Shown: positions 1 through 13,800 of the stretch, piece by piece | Position numbering within the stretch: position 1 is the stretch's first letter | Layout of the letters: every line of letters begins with the position of its first letter | Assembly: GCA_965153285.1 (NCBI GenBank) | Contig: OZ229115.1 | Reading direction: 5' to 3' (one strand) | DNA length: 64,000 nucleotides | From: Podarcis tiliguerta | Taxonomy: Eukaryota | Made by a program: the position numbers and the translations under genes | The notes under the pieces: model-generated | What the model saw: only the letters and a program-made list of their open reading frames with translations | The model's database searches: none | Told to the model about the DNA's origin: nothing

Positions 1-821
1 TAGCAAAGCGTAATCACAGAACTTAGTGCCAAACTGGCCTAGATCGATATTGAAATGAAAAAAGCTCAAAGCCAGAGGCATTTTTATTAAGGTAGCTAGA
101 AGTGTCTGCCAACTATGGTGCAGGGAGTGGGGGGAAGCTTTTATAGCCACACACCCCAAAATATTGGCACTTATTCAGATATATCTTATGGCAGGGGGGA
201 GACCGAGGGACAGCTACAGAAAATTTACTAAAGGTACACAAACCACCTGCCAAAGCAACAGCAGTTCCTCCATTATCCCAAATGCCCATGCAATCACAGG
301 CAAAGAGATGCAGCATTTTAGCAGCATATCAATCCTGGCTAATGCCTCTCCCATCCTTGCTGTCTGCAATCCTCCAGCTTTGCAGAGCAACCATATAAAT
401 CCTTCAGTGAAGCAAACTGTATCTTTGCTTCTTGTACATGAGGGATGCTGGGACCAGACATAAACTTTATGAACATCATATTCTTTCAGGAAAGGAAATA
501 CAAGATTAAAAGGGCTCAGAGTCTGTGCACACAAGGATTTATGGCCTTGGTGCTGGAACTTGACTCCTCACAGAGAATGAAGCTTTTCATTTTCAGCACT
601 CTGTCACCCAAGACAGTTATTCTTTCAGATGAAGGAAAAGGAGCCAAAGTAGATTTAGAAATACACTGAGGACTAATGCTACACATCCCGTCTTTGTGCA
701 TGAAATGTCTGTATGGAAATAAGCAAAGAGCTAGCTGAAGTCAACCAAATCTTTCCCCAGTATCTGCAGGGGGCTTTCGATCGGATACTAGGGCAATCTT
801 TCAACAAAGCAACAGAGAGAC

Positions 822-848
822 CTGTCTGTCTGTCTGTCTGTCTGTCTG
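822..848. repeat. (CTGT)n microsatellite
   Basis: direct reading. Confidence 0.9.
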
Positions 849-1780
849 AAATGTCTCAGGCTGCAATGAGAGACTGAATTACACAATGGGAGAAGCAGAT
901 TTAATTCAGTTGGCTATTTTTAGGACTACCAAAGGGGCTCCATTTACTCTGCACTCTCAACTCTGCTGCAGATCTGGCCTTTGGGAATAGGCTAACTAAC
1001 GTTTGCTTTCAAGTCTTAATATACATATATGACTGCAAAGTTGGATGTGTGACTATTTGTGCCACCTAGCAGCAACGGAGACCACTGCTTTAACACCCTG
1101 CTGTTCACCAAAAAATAACCCTGCATTTGCCACGGTACTCATTGGCAACTTACTTTGCCCATTACAGTCCTCCTTGCTTCGTTCTGAAATGGCTTCCTTT
1201 GTTTGCAGTTTTTTTGTTTGGAATAAGCGCCTTGCTACAATGTGTGGCTAGTGGCTCGCTTAGTTCATCAGCTAGGAGCAAATTTGCCTAATGGGCTGTA
1301 ATGGTACAAGTGGGAAGGGCCATCATCAATGTGTTAAGAACATTACAAAGCCCTGCTGAATCAGACCAAAGCCCATCTAGCCTAGCATCCTGTTCATCCA
1401 GTGGGAAAGTCTGCAAACAGGACCTAAGTCCTCTCTCCACTCATGACTCCTATAACTGGTATTCAGAGGCAATGGAGGATGCAGCTCTTATGGGCTGGGA
1501 AAAGATGGTGCCATTCATTAAGGGCTGATCTGGACTTCCTTTTCTGCTGCATTTCTCTTTCCTTTGTTCTCTTAATGGTCCATCACCCAAGCAATCTCCT
1601 CAACATAGCCTGGCTTATGTTTTAACACTTGCTGGATCCAGGCGTTAGAAGGATCTTGCATACAGCCTAGTCCCTCCCACCCAAACTCGTAACAGTACAA
1701 TAGGCTAAGCTGGCTGATTAGCTTACTGCCTCTTGGTGAAGCTGCCCATGGTGTCCCATCCAATTAATTGTGGAACTCAG

Positions 1781-2075
1781 TAAGAACAGAAGAAGAGCCC
1801 CACTGGATCAGAGCAAAGGTCTCTCTAGTCTAGCATCCTCTTTCCCACAGTAGCCAGCCAGGTGCCCACAAGTAGTCCACAAAAGTCCTGCTGTGGAGCC
1901 CCAGTGACTGGCATTCAGAGGCCTGCTACTTCTGACAGCAGAGAATGATATATAGGCATCCTAACTAGCCATGGATTGCTTTATCCTCAATGGATTTGTG
2001 TCATCTTCATTTAAAGCCATTGTCTAAATTGCTGGCCATCACCACATTCTGTGGTGGTAAATTCCATATTTTAGG
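1781..2075 (-). mobile_element. CR1-like LINE 3' fragment (another at about 1335-1490)
   Basis: TAAGAACA..GGATCAG..AAAGG..CTAGTCTAGCATCC motif seen twice in the window; family assignment tentative. Confidence 0.5.
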
Positions 2076-3689
2076 TGCATGGAAAAGTAGAACTGGATCT
2101 GAGGAGTCCCAGAGGCACTATTTTGTTGTATAAAGTGATTTTGTAAGTCTTGTGGAAGCCCAACTCTCAATGCTTTTAAGATAAGCATATTGACATCTTG
2201 ACATCTTTAGGGACTATGTGTGGATTATAAAAGTAGATATTTTAGCCACTTAAATTATTTCAAACTTTAACCATTTTGTGTGTGATTAATAGCTTTGGGC
2301 GATTGTTTGCATTTTGATTGAATATGCCAAATTTCTATTCTATCTGTGTCTGCAACCTCTGGGAGGATAGAAACCGTGTCTACTTAATGGCCAAGTCTAA
2401 AAAGGATCAGGCGGTGATATTTTAAATCAGCATATCTACCCTAATTGGAAAAAAAACTCTTCTTTATTTCAGTGGGACTTTCTTTCAGTTTGTCAGGCTC
2501 AAATTCATTTATTTAGAAAATGTCTATACAGCATAATATTTTGCACAAGTGATTTGCAGACATTTTAAAGTACAAATACAAATAAAGATCAGGATGCAAT
2601 AAATATATTATAATACATTTAAAAATGGCAGTATTGTGCCCCAACCCTCATCCTGTTTTCTTAGATGCCCCAGTGTATTTTACTAGATTGCACTGTGTGG
2701 ATCTGCCCCTGTGCCTGATATTTAAGGCCGATTGTGCAGAACCAGTTGCGTACATCCTTGCCCTCTACTGGCTAAAGTTAGTATATATATTTTTCCATTA
2801 CTGTTTGGGTGACACATTTGCTACTTGCTTGACTTTAAAACAGAACACTTTATAACATCTGATGGATCTAAACATATAGACATGTGTAGGGTAGTTAATG
2901 TTTTCAAGAAGCAGGTAAATATTAAATCTGCAAAAAAATAAATCAAAATTGTTCCCAAAGTGGGAGGATGTTTTATGACATGAGCAAAGTATTCCTATAC
3001 ACCATTTTTTGGTGCTGGTGGAACAATGCCAAGAGAACTTCTACCTGAGCCAGTGGACAGTGGAGGTGCCACTAGCCCTGAATCCAGCAAGCTCCTTGCC
3101 TGCACCGCTCCAAGTCCCACCCTAAGGCCAGGTGTAGCCAGATCATATTGGTTGTCAGTACAGGATTCTGATAAATCCCAAACAATGAAGAAACAACACA
3201 TGAGACAAAGTCAAAGCTGTTGAGCAGCATCCAACATGAACCAGATCTCAAATGGAAAAGATACATGGGTGGGTTGCCAACTAGTCAACCCAGCAGGGCT
3301 CTTTCACCTTTGACAGTGGCTCAATGGACAGCAAGGATAGTGGGTTCAGTGCCTCTTGTGGCACCAGCTCCACCTTCACCTGTTGCATAACTGTCTGTCC
3401 TGGAGCTTGCATAGAATAAGTTGGTGAGCAATCTCATGGAAGAACAGCCAAGAACATCCTCTAGTCACTGCAGCTGGTCATGGGGTGGGCCTTCCTTGTG
3501 GTCAGGGGTGAATGCTGCATCTTGGGAGGGTGCCTTGAGGAGAGCAAGGGAAGACAGACAGTCCACCTCTCTCTCTGTGTGCCCTCCTCGGTTTTTCTAT
3601 TAAAAAAACTCAGATCAGGACATACCACACCAGTCAATAAAAAGACATCAGCAAACATTTTCCTTTCCCCCTTGCCTCACGAAGTCACA

Positions 3690-4027
3690 TCAGGGCATAT
3701 ATAAATATATTGTCCTTGCAGGAGGAGGTTAAAAATAAAGAAAAGTACTGTCCTGTGACTTTACAAGGAAAAAGGAAACCTTTCCCTGTGTCGTAGTGTT
3801 AGGAGATGTGGAACATCCTGATCTGAGGTTTCTTTCGGGAAGATGTGGGTGTGGGGAGGTGAAGTGATTCCATGAGGGAAAGGCAAAAACCACTTTTGTT
3901 GACGCCAAGATGTTAATGGGTGAGGAATGTCCTGTGTGGGTTCCCCAATGTGTCACTTTATTGACAGGGGACGTCCTGATCCTGGCGTCCCAGAGACAAA
4001 GTAGAAAAGCTCATTAGCAGCTCCCCG
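3690..4027 (+). promoter_or_regulatory. Probable IP6K3 promoter and non-coding first exon (ends at 4027)
   Basis: TATAAA at 3700-3705, MEF2-type TTAAAAATAA at 3729-3738, donor CCG|gtaagc at 4027/4028 pairing with acceptor at 4467; TSS not determinable. Confidence 0.5.
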
Positions 4028-4677
4028 GTAAGCAAGTGGAGATTGTTCTCCAAACCAGGAGTCTCCATAAGGAGCGAGAAGGTGCTTATTAATAACTTTA
4101 TGTTAGCTGGCAGTAGGAATGCCCTGATCTAGCTGCTTTCAGGGGAGCCACATTAACCTGATAGCTCTCCTAGGTCATGTTTCCTTACCTTTCTGCTCTG
4201 CCAACCTTATCCATGCAATCTAAATTGGGTCCACCTTGGATACATACCTCAGGCCTTGGAACGCAGCCCGTAACTATGTCTCTAAAAGTGTGTTATGTGG
4301 AATATGCATTCATTTCCTGGCTATATAGCCTTCCCTTAGCCCAGAAATCAGCACATATAATGCTTGTGAAGTGTCTGACCTTTATGGGAATTGCATTGGA
4401 CGATGGAGAATAGGGAGCGAGGAAGCAATTTGTTCCTGTTTTCTGACCTGCTTAATTTATGCTTTAGGTTACAGAAAAGTTCTCAGAGGATTACTCAGCA
4501 GCCAGAAGGCACAGGCGCTTTAGAACTGAGCTCACTTGCTGGCGCGAAGAGCCTCAAGCCATCTTCTATTCCCAGCTAGAGAGAACGAAAGTCGGGTTGT
4601 TTCTCCATTCGTGGCTTAGCATCTAAGAGAGACGGACACAGACACACAGAGAGGTGCTCCAGTGCCTCTGCTGCACC

Positions 4678-4876
4678 ATGGTGGTGCAGAATAATCTGGA
4701 CCTTGGGGATTCTAGAAAATGGATTGTGCTGGAGCCATTTATCCACCAGGTTGGAGGCCACATGAGCATGATGAAGTATGATGACTACACCGTCTGCAAA
4801 CCCCTCGTCTCCCAGGAGCAATGGTTCTACGAGACTCTCCCTGCAGCAATGAAACGATTCACACCTCAGTACAAAG
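4678..4876 (+). CDS. IP6K3: IP6K3 coding exon 1 ([10 protein letters not shown]...FTPQYK); exon probably begins at 4468
   Basis: Kozak gcaccATGG; donor AAG|gtagg; upstream acceptor tttag|g at 4467/4468. Confidence 0.95.
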
Positions 4877-7800
4877 GTAGGCTCAAGACCCCAGCATCTA
4901 CTGGAAAGTAGGTCCCGTTGAATGTTGAGTAAACATAATTGAAATCAGGCCGCAAGATTCAATGTTAATGCAAGAAAGAGGGTTTGCCAAAGCTGAAAGA
5001 AAAGAGTGTGGTGGGGGGAACAGCAACAGTGGTGATGGACTTTGCCAATAATGCATTTTGGTGAGGAAGGCTTGCCATCCCCTTCTTCCCCATGCAGATC
5101 AGACCACTAATAATTTTTAATTTCCGTCTGATCAGGGTTACAGGATTGTCAGTGCTCAGTACTCCACTGCCAGTGCTGTGCCTGCGTCAATCTCACAGTC
5201 ACAGCCTGTAGCCGAAGACATTGTGCAAGCAGAACTAGAAACTGCTTGGTCTACAATTACACGATTGCTTTCTGCAGTACAAAAACACCTGTGCCATGGA
5301 GAAATTATTTGCTGCTGAAAAGTAGCCAAAATATGTAGGCCAGTTGTTGTTTGCTGCTTGTGAAGGAAAATGAAATTTGATACACAAGTGAAAACATGGG
5401 GCTAGATCTAACATTCATCATGCTAAGGTTGTGTACGCATTACTGTTTACTGTGACTCCAATGGGCTCCCGCTGCTGGTGTTTGAAGCCGTGTATGTGTG
5501 ACATTAGCCACCATCCAACTATATCCTGTAGTTTACTGAGAAGTACTGCTGATTGGTGCACTTTCTCTCAAACCAGTTTCCATTTGATTTGAAAACAAAA
5601 ACCATGATTAAGCTGTGAAGGTGAAAGCAAGAAGAGGTGACTTCACCATTATAAAATGTTGCCAGCTTTTTGTACAGCAGGGATGGGAACTTGTAGCCCT
5701 CTGACCAATGGTCAAGGATAATGGGCGTTGTAGTCCAGCAGCATTTGGAGGGACACAGTTTTCCCATTGCTGTTTTATCAGGTCAGGATACAACCCATAC
5801 AGTGGTACCTCGGGTTAAGAACTTAATTCGTTCCGGAGGTCCGTTCTTAACCTGAAACTGTTCTTATCCTGAAGCACCACTTTAGCTAATGGGGCCTCCT
5901 GCTGCCACCGCGCCACTGCTGTGTGATTTCTGTTCTAATCCTGAAGCAAAGTTCTTAACCCGAGGTACTATTTCTGGGTTAGCAGAGTCTGTAACCTGAA
6001 GCATCTGTAACCCGAAGTACAGTGGTACTTGCAAATCATTACTTTCATGCTAGCTGTGCCTTTGTATGAACAAACATCTGCAAGCCCCCAAAAAGGTTGT
6101 TGTGAGGACTGCAATCTCAGATGGTCAGGAAACTTCACAGGTACATCTGGGAACGAGACATGAAAAAACAGGAGGGAAAGAGGATGGAAGACAAGAGGGG
6201 TGGATCAAGCTCCTTTCAAAGATACAGAAACAGGAAGAGAAGGGTAAACCCATTTACAACTGAGAGGCGAGGCCTCTGGTGTCCTCCTCATTTAGAATTT
6301 CCCTGTTGACACTGCAAATATCTCACTTGTTGCAATGTCTGTTTGTAAGTAATACTGCCTGGGATTCATGGTGTTTATTTCCATTTGAGGAGGCCATCTG
6401 TGCACATTTCACCTCCCATAATGAGACTGCATCTGAGAATGAGACAAACAGGCCTATAGCTGAGCATTAATAGACACACTTTTTGTTGATAAAAACGGCA
6501 ACGGCAACAGCTACTGTTACAAGCCACCCCAACCCTTCAGTATACATGCACTTTTAGTTTTAATTCTGACAATGAGTGCTACTTGTTGACAATGGTGGGT
6601 TGGTTTGCTCTTAAGGTTGCAATTTTAATTGTCCATCCCTTTCTTCTGAATACAGTGATACTTCGGTTTAAGAACAGCCCGGTTTAAGAACTATTTGGTT
6701 TACAAACTCCGCAAAACCGGAAATAGGGTCTTGCTTTGAGAACTTTACCTGGGTCTAAGAACGGAATCCGAACGGTGGAAGGGCACCAGCGGCGGGAGGC
6801 CACATTAGGGAAAGTGCCTCAGTTTAAGAACGGTTTTGATTTAAGAACGGACTTCTGGAACGGATTAAGTTCATAAACCAAGGTACCACTGTAGTGTTCT
6901 TATGCAGTTACACTGTTACATTGCCATTTCTTTGTAATCTGGCACAGACCTTTCATCAAGCACACTGAGACCATTCCAGAAGCACTTCCATCCCCTTACT
7001 CAGCAATAATTTGATCTTTTTCTTTAAGGAGACCCCAAGGATTCCCCTACAGAGCTAGGCTGCCACCTTGAATTGGTTTAGAGAGAAACAGGTGCTTGTT
7101 TGACAATCCCTCTTCTTGGCAGGAACCCCTCAAATCAGTGAAGTCTTCTTGCATAAGGTTAATATATTAATGTTGCTGTACTTGAGTAAGCTGGTGCACT
7201 TCTGTGACTAAGAAGAGCATGACCTGGGAAGGCCAAATGACGCCTCTTCTATTAACTCACTAGGTGGTCTTAGGCAGGTCAACCACAGTCAGCTTCAGCT
7301 ACTACTCCTCCCAGCCTGCAACATGGGGTTGTTGTCAGGATTACTGATAATAATGGATTGCATCCAACTAAGGTCTGCTCTGAGTAGGACTAGCATTGGA
7401 TACAGCCCTATGTATGTGATCTAAAGCTTTACAATACTCCATTAAGTGTTATATACAGTGGTACCTCGGGTTACAGACGCTTCAGGTTACAGACGCTTCA
7501 GGTTACAGACTCCGCTAACCCAGAAATAGTACCTCAGGTTAAGAACTTTGCTTCAGGATGAGAACAGAAATCGTGCAGCAGCAGTGGGAGGCCCCATTAG
7601 CTAAAGTGGTACCTCAGATTAAGAACAGTTTCAGGTTAAGAATGGACCTCCAGAACGAATTAAGTTCTTAACCTGAGGTACCACTGTACATGCTATTTAT
7701 CATTAACCAAAGGTGAATGTGAGATCTCTCTCCCCCCCCCTCTCCATTAGCAACTTGCTGGAAGGCTGTGCTTGTTTAGATGTGAAACCCACGGTCTTAG

Positions 7801-10800
7801 AAAGCAAAGTCATGGGGGCAGGGCAGGCAGATGGAATCATCATCAGTCTAAACAACATTAACACTCAGCATTGATCTTTGCCCATTTCCTGCTCTCCTAA
7901 GTCACATTGTAAGGTGAGCCAAGATACAGGACACCAGGCATCTTGTCTGAATCTAACTGGCACTGGGGATCATGTGTCTAGAGCTGACGTCATCTCCTCT
8001 CTCCCAGAGAGGTAGCGCATGCTCCAGAAGGCAAATTCCACTATCTCTCAGCTCACCAAACAGTAATGCTTGCTCTAAAGTGCCAGGCGGGGGAAGTTCT
8101 GACTTCTTTTTTAAGCCTGGGAGAAGGAAAAGTTATTCATCTGATGCTGAAAAGACTTTTTAAAAGGTACCAGGCTAACCTCTCAGGGGAGGCGATTCCA
8201 TAGCTAGGAGTTCATGCCTGGAAAGACCCTCTCCCTCACTTCACTGGTTGGGGGCGCTCAGAACTGGGCCTCTGAAGAGAACCTCAAATATATTGGCATA
8301 GCCAATACTTAACTGAGGTTCTGCCCTCTCTAAGATGAAGCCTGCCCCCTCCCAACATAAATCCTGGCTACGCCCATGTATACAGGAAAAAGTGTATATG
8401 AGCATATCACACCCGTGCTTCCCTGTCCTCACTAGCTCCCAAACTGTTTCGGAGACCAATTAAAAATGGCAGTGTTGAACTTTGAAAGAATTACAGTTTG
8501 GGACCAGGGTACCTGAAGAATTGTCCATCACCACTTGAAGCTACCCAAACCTTAAAATTCTCTTTGAAGGGCCTTCTCCAGATACCCCTGCTGAGTGAGG
8601 TACAGTGGGTTTCTACTGGGGAAAGTGCTTTTCCAATGGTTGTACCCTAGCTGTGAAATGCCAGCCTTGGTATCTTTTCTGATTTTTAGCTGTGACCTGG
8701 TTTTCGGTGTTCATCCTTACATGGGCTTCATGGCTGATTTTATGTTCTTTGTTTTCTGTGGATGAACATGTTTAGTGTGTTTGTTTTGCTTTAAAGGATT
8801 TTATAGGGTTGTTGTTGTAAATTGCTTTGGGACTTTTTCTGTGTGAAGCAATTCATAAACTGGATGAGTTGAACCGCACTGAATTTTTGGTGCCAAGCAA
8901 AGACCTTTTCCTGGGATTTTTAATCAGCTAGTTTCTGAGTCCCCACATGTTTTATTCAAATGTATGAAATTTTAGCTTGTTTTTAATTCTATTACAAGCT
9001 GCCCCGAGAACCAGGCTATTGGGAGGCCTATAAGTACTTAGGAAAGCATAGAGACGCTTATACATAGTTAAGAGATTAAAAAGAAACAAATTAGGAATCT
9101 AGAAGCATGCTTCTTAAAATCTAAAAACAAAATTTTGTTACTCTAATCTACACAGACCCACGATAAAATGTGTTTCGAATGAAACATCTGTGAAAGAAGA
9201 GAGAGCCTTAAAGATCTAAAAGAGCTTGTAATCAATACATTTTCAAAATAGGATCAGGGAAGTGAACTATCAATATGTATTATGGGATAAGAGGCTCTTA
9301 AACTGATATTCTTCTATCAAACACTTTGCTGCCTGCCTTAACCAAAAAGTTATTATTTCGCTCACTCCCATTATTTTTTCTAAAGCGCGTTAAAAGCAGT
9401 TCAGCTCACACACTTCCTCCACTGTTGTTAATTAACTTCCCCCTAGTGACTGTAAGTAAAGCAACAGAAGACAACGCTGCCCCAGCCCAAACTCCTTATG
9501 CCTCCACCTCTCTCTCTCTCTCTCTGTGAGGCAAGATAAAAAGCATTTCCCTTATGTCCTGGGCTGGCAGATTTCCATGGAAGCATAACATATAGAGGTT
9601 TTAGAGACAGCACCTGCATTTTAAGGCTTCTCTTTTAGCTCAGCCTCTTGCCAATATTTTGTCTTGGATATGCGAGGTGTTCCCTATTCATGACCCAGTA
9701 AAGGCAACTAATGCTCCCTCAATGGCCATTTGAGAAAGAGCCTCAGGATGTATCTCTTTACTTTAAAAACATTTTTACATCTCCACAATTCCAGTGATGA
9801 AGCCATGAACCTCGTCTGAGGATCAAGACCCCTCTGCAGATTTTTGTCTTGTCTCCTGCCTCTTTCTTTAGTTTGTCTTGTGCTGCTGTCTGCATGCTGA
9901 CATTCCCCATTTCTAGAGTTGGGGGAGGAAAGGAAGGGAGAGGAATTTCCATAGCGCAGGTCTGCTCCCAGGGTGGGTTGCACCCAGCCTGCTGCCTCAA
10001 ATGGCCACAGGATTGTTTACTCATGAGTAGGTCTGGCATCAGTTAGATGCTTCAGATATAAATATTTTGGTCAATGCCCAGTAGAGAAGATAAAAAGGAA
10101 ACAAAGCACATAAAACACAATAATATTTGTTAAGTATAATATTAAATGTGTAGTTTAAAACAATGTTGATACTTTTAAAAAAAACCAATGAAAAATATAA
10201 AATAATTATTTTTAAATGGTATAAAACAAGGTAAGGCACTAATAATTCTAAAAGTAATACAAGATACTGTGCAGCAAATTTTTAAATTTTAATTGTATAT
10301 TTTACTCCCAGAGAGAGGCGCTTTTGGGATTTCCTGCCTCAGCTGCCAAAAACACTTGGCCAGCCTTCATTATTATTTACCTTAACATGGAGGGAGGGGG
10401 TGCCTTTAGCTGTTCAGCCTCAGACAGCAAAATATCTTGGGCTAGCTCTGCTCTTTTCCATTAGGCAAAATGGTAGCCTAAATGTCAAAAGGAATACCTG
10501 TCCACTCTCTGGCTTGGATTCACCAGTGTGGCTGGACCTTGGTTCTATTTTTATACACCCTGAAGGCTTCACAGAGGCCTAGGCACCATTGCGTAAGAAA
10601 GCCATTTTGCAAAACTTTGCTTGACTATTGCTACAATCTAGGCTGCAACCATATGTACTTGGGAGTTCAGTGGAACTTACTTCAGAGTAAACATGCATAG
10701 AATTGCAGTGCCTGTTTACAGAGACGACAGCTCCTTTTATGCATTTCCAACAGGAAAAAATGACCTTGAAACAAGTTTGCTTCTCTCTCTCTTTCCCAAA

Positions 10801-13800
10801 GCTGCCTACTGAGAACTACTGTGAAATTACAGATTTGTTTTTCAGGCCAGGTTCTGCCCAGATTCATATTGCACATGGCAGTAAATAAATGTGCCTATTA
10901 ATTTAAAAATATACACACAAGAATGGAGCTAGGGAGCTACATAGCAAAACAGCTTCTGAGAATTGCTGAGATGCCTCTAGCATGCTGATACCTTCTATAA
11001 ATACTCTCTGCCTGACTAATTTGCTATACACATACCCCAACTGAATCACCGGGGTACCAAAATGAAGGCTAAACGAAGCCTTCAGGATGTAGAAATCTGG
11101 TAACAGCTTTTGCCCCTTCGGTGATACATTCTAAAGTGTAGCAAAGCCCATCGCAGAAGCTCATGCACTGAAACCAAGTTGCATGTGCTGGTGGGTTTTT
11201 TGATCATATGTTGCACATACCAGTGAATTGAAGTGCCATGAAACTCTTGGCTAGTTTTGTTGCAAAAGATTAACACGTGCATGCCCCTCCCCCCTTCTCC
11301 GGAATATGTGACAATTAATTCTCTAGCCCATTCTTCGACTGAGCTTTGCCATAAAAATACTGGTTGGCCATTCCAATTAGTATACACCAATTGCATCAGG
11401 TCAAGAGAAATAGGTCGTATTTGCAAAAAGTGTGGGTCCCTACCAATTGGTCCCAAACCTCCAAATGTAACTGTTGAGACATGGAAATAAAGTATAGGGA
11501 AGTGGCTCCCTCATTGCTGCTTTAATCTATGAAAGGTTTGGATATGTCAGGGTTTTGCCACTAGCTTATTGATCATTGGGAACAAAGTTTAACAAGTATA
11601 GTTAGGGTACAGAACCTCTCCTTCAGAGGTTTTCAAGAAGAATTGAGCTGGCATTCATTACAGATGCCTACAGAATAGGATGCTTTGCCTCAGATTAGAC
11701 TGCATGGTCCTTCAGATCCCTTCCAAAATTTCTGATTCTGTTCCAGTGCACGAGTTTTAGGTTATGTTTAAGACTTCTTGGTCTTGGACAAAATAAGTGT
11801 TATGTTATGCAGCCATTCAGTGTCTATTCCCTCCTCCTTGTTTGGCAAACACACACACACACAAAACACTAATTGATTCATGAACAAAAATAGATCTGGT
11901 GTTTCTCCCACCCCCACCTCTTAGGGTATATAGCCAGAGTCAGGACCAAGAATTTCTGCATGTTGAGAGCATGTTAGTTCAGCATTCCCAACACCCCATA
12001 ATCAAGAGATGGAAATAATACTGATCTCAGATTGTCCAACACTGGCCAATTCTGCTGAAAATAAGAGACCTTTCAGTACTTCTGTCTCTGCTTTTGGTTT
12101 AACTCTGCAGCACAGAAGCTATCTGCTATGGGAGCAACCATTCAAGCACAGCCATATATCTGTGCTGGTCTTATATTTTGAGCAGCTGTGAAAAAGAGGA
12201 GGGCCCCAAGAGTCTTCATGCTGATCACCAAGAGACAACAGCTGCTTAGGATATCTGAGTCAAGCTAGGGAAGCATCTTGAATGTGAAATACATGCAGAA
12301 CTAGGTTAGTAGAGTAAGAAGATGCTGTGCTTTATGAGCATTTTTCCCCCTGTAAGACAGTGGACAGATAACAGCTCCTGGAGTTAACGGTGCAGGAGAT
12401 TGCCTACAAAAATACATTTAGGGTGCAATCCAAACCCTTAATCTGCCCTGCTGGAGGGGGATATTGGATGGGGTAGAAGTCTCCATCCACCCAGCCCACA
12501 ATAGCTCTGCCAGCATGTGCAAAGAGAGCTCTGTCTGCTGAAGCTGCAGGTAGGTGGAAGTTCTGCTGGTGGGCTTCCAGCTTCTGGCAGCTTAGGGAAA
12601 GCCCCAAAATGGGGCATTGAGGGGCAGGTGAGCTACTGAGCAGGCTCAGGATCTGCTGCCTCCTTAGCCAGATGCCATTTGATGGCGTCAGGCACCATCC
12701 AGGCTCTGTTCCTCCATCATATCTCACCACTGCTTGGCCGTGGTTTGGATTCCTCTGCCACTCATCAAGTATTGACAAAATCGGGGGTGTTGGCTATCTC
12801 CAGGTTTTGGAATAGAGAAGAAAACCAGGTCCTCGTGCTTCATCAAATCTCCTGCACCCGGTATCTGTGGAAGGGGCTAATATGTGGAGCAACTTCTGTA
12901 AAATGGCTGCCAACACACAGCCGCAGGCCAGAAGGGTATCAGTTGGCAACCCTGCTCTGTCCCGAGTTCCCACCAGAAGATTTGGAAGCCTCTGGGCACT
13001 GCTGTGAGCAGCTCACATGGCCCAGAGGAGTCCTGACTAATCCTCAAAGGGCAGTCGCTATGCAAAAGTCTCTTCAGCTGGCCCTGCAGTGCGGAAGTCG
13101 GAGCTGGGGATGAAAAGCGCAGTGTGGCTGTGCCTGAAGGAAGAGGGACAACTGCCGCTGGCCTTTCTTCCAAAGGTCAAAGCTGCCTCCTCTGCAAGCC
13201 ATGCCCGAAAGCAATCTGTCATTTGAGATGTTCTGGGCTGCAAGTGTGATCACTCAGGCTTTATTGGGAGTGGAGTAAATATATAAAAGGTTACCCATCT
13301 GGCACTTCAGCCATGTGAGTCCCATTAAAGTCAGCAGGAAGGAACTTCGCTGAAATACAGGGTGCAAGTTTGGCGCAGTAGATTAGGGACTCTCTCTTTG
13401 GGGCTGCCTTGTCACAACCCATGGCTTAATCCCTAGTCCTGATTTTCACAGTATGGAAGGGCTGTCCAGGTGGTTGCCTCGCAGCCCCAATTTGGATGTA
13501 GGATATTGAAGGTTTATCCATTCATACAGGCCACAATTCTTCTGGTATAGCACCACTTGCAAACCTGAGGTTCTGCCCTCCAAGGGGGGAGAGGGGGAGA
13601 AAGGGCATTTGGGCTGGAATTTATCTCTACAACCAGCCCTTCTTAGATGAGTCTCCTGTCTTTCTTCCCTCTTTCTCTCGCTTTATCACCTTTGTTCTTC
13701 CTTGGGGAAAGGACATGCCATTTTGGCTTATGTTGTTTCTCAATGGCCTATATAAAACAAAAAGAAAATGTGGATGCAGGGGGGGGGGTTGGGGGGCGAC

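Noticed and set aside
1-700. Possible 3' end of LEMD2, the expected upstream neighbour
   Set aside because: No LEMD2-like coding sequence recognisable in the window
5800-6028. Recurrent TTAACCTGAA-type repeats resembling a CRISPR-like array
   Set aside because: They are internal subterminal repeats of a MITE, with no unique spacers, in a vertebrate genome
12404-13243. Cluster of 60-144 aa ORFs in the long IP6K3 intron
   Set aside because: No recognisable domain or consistent splice signals; partly repeat-like
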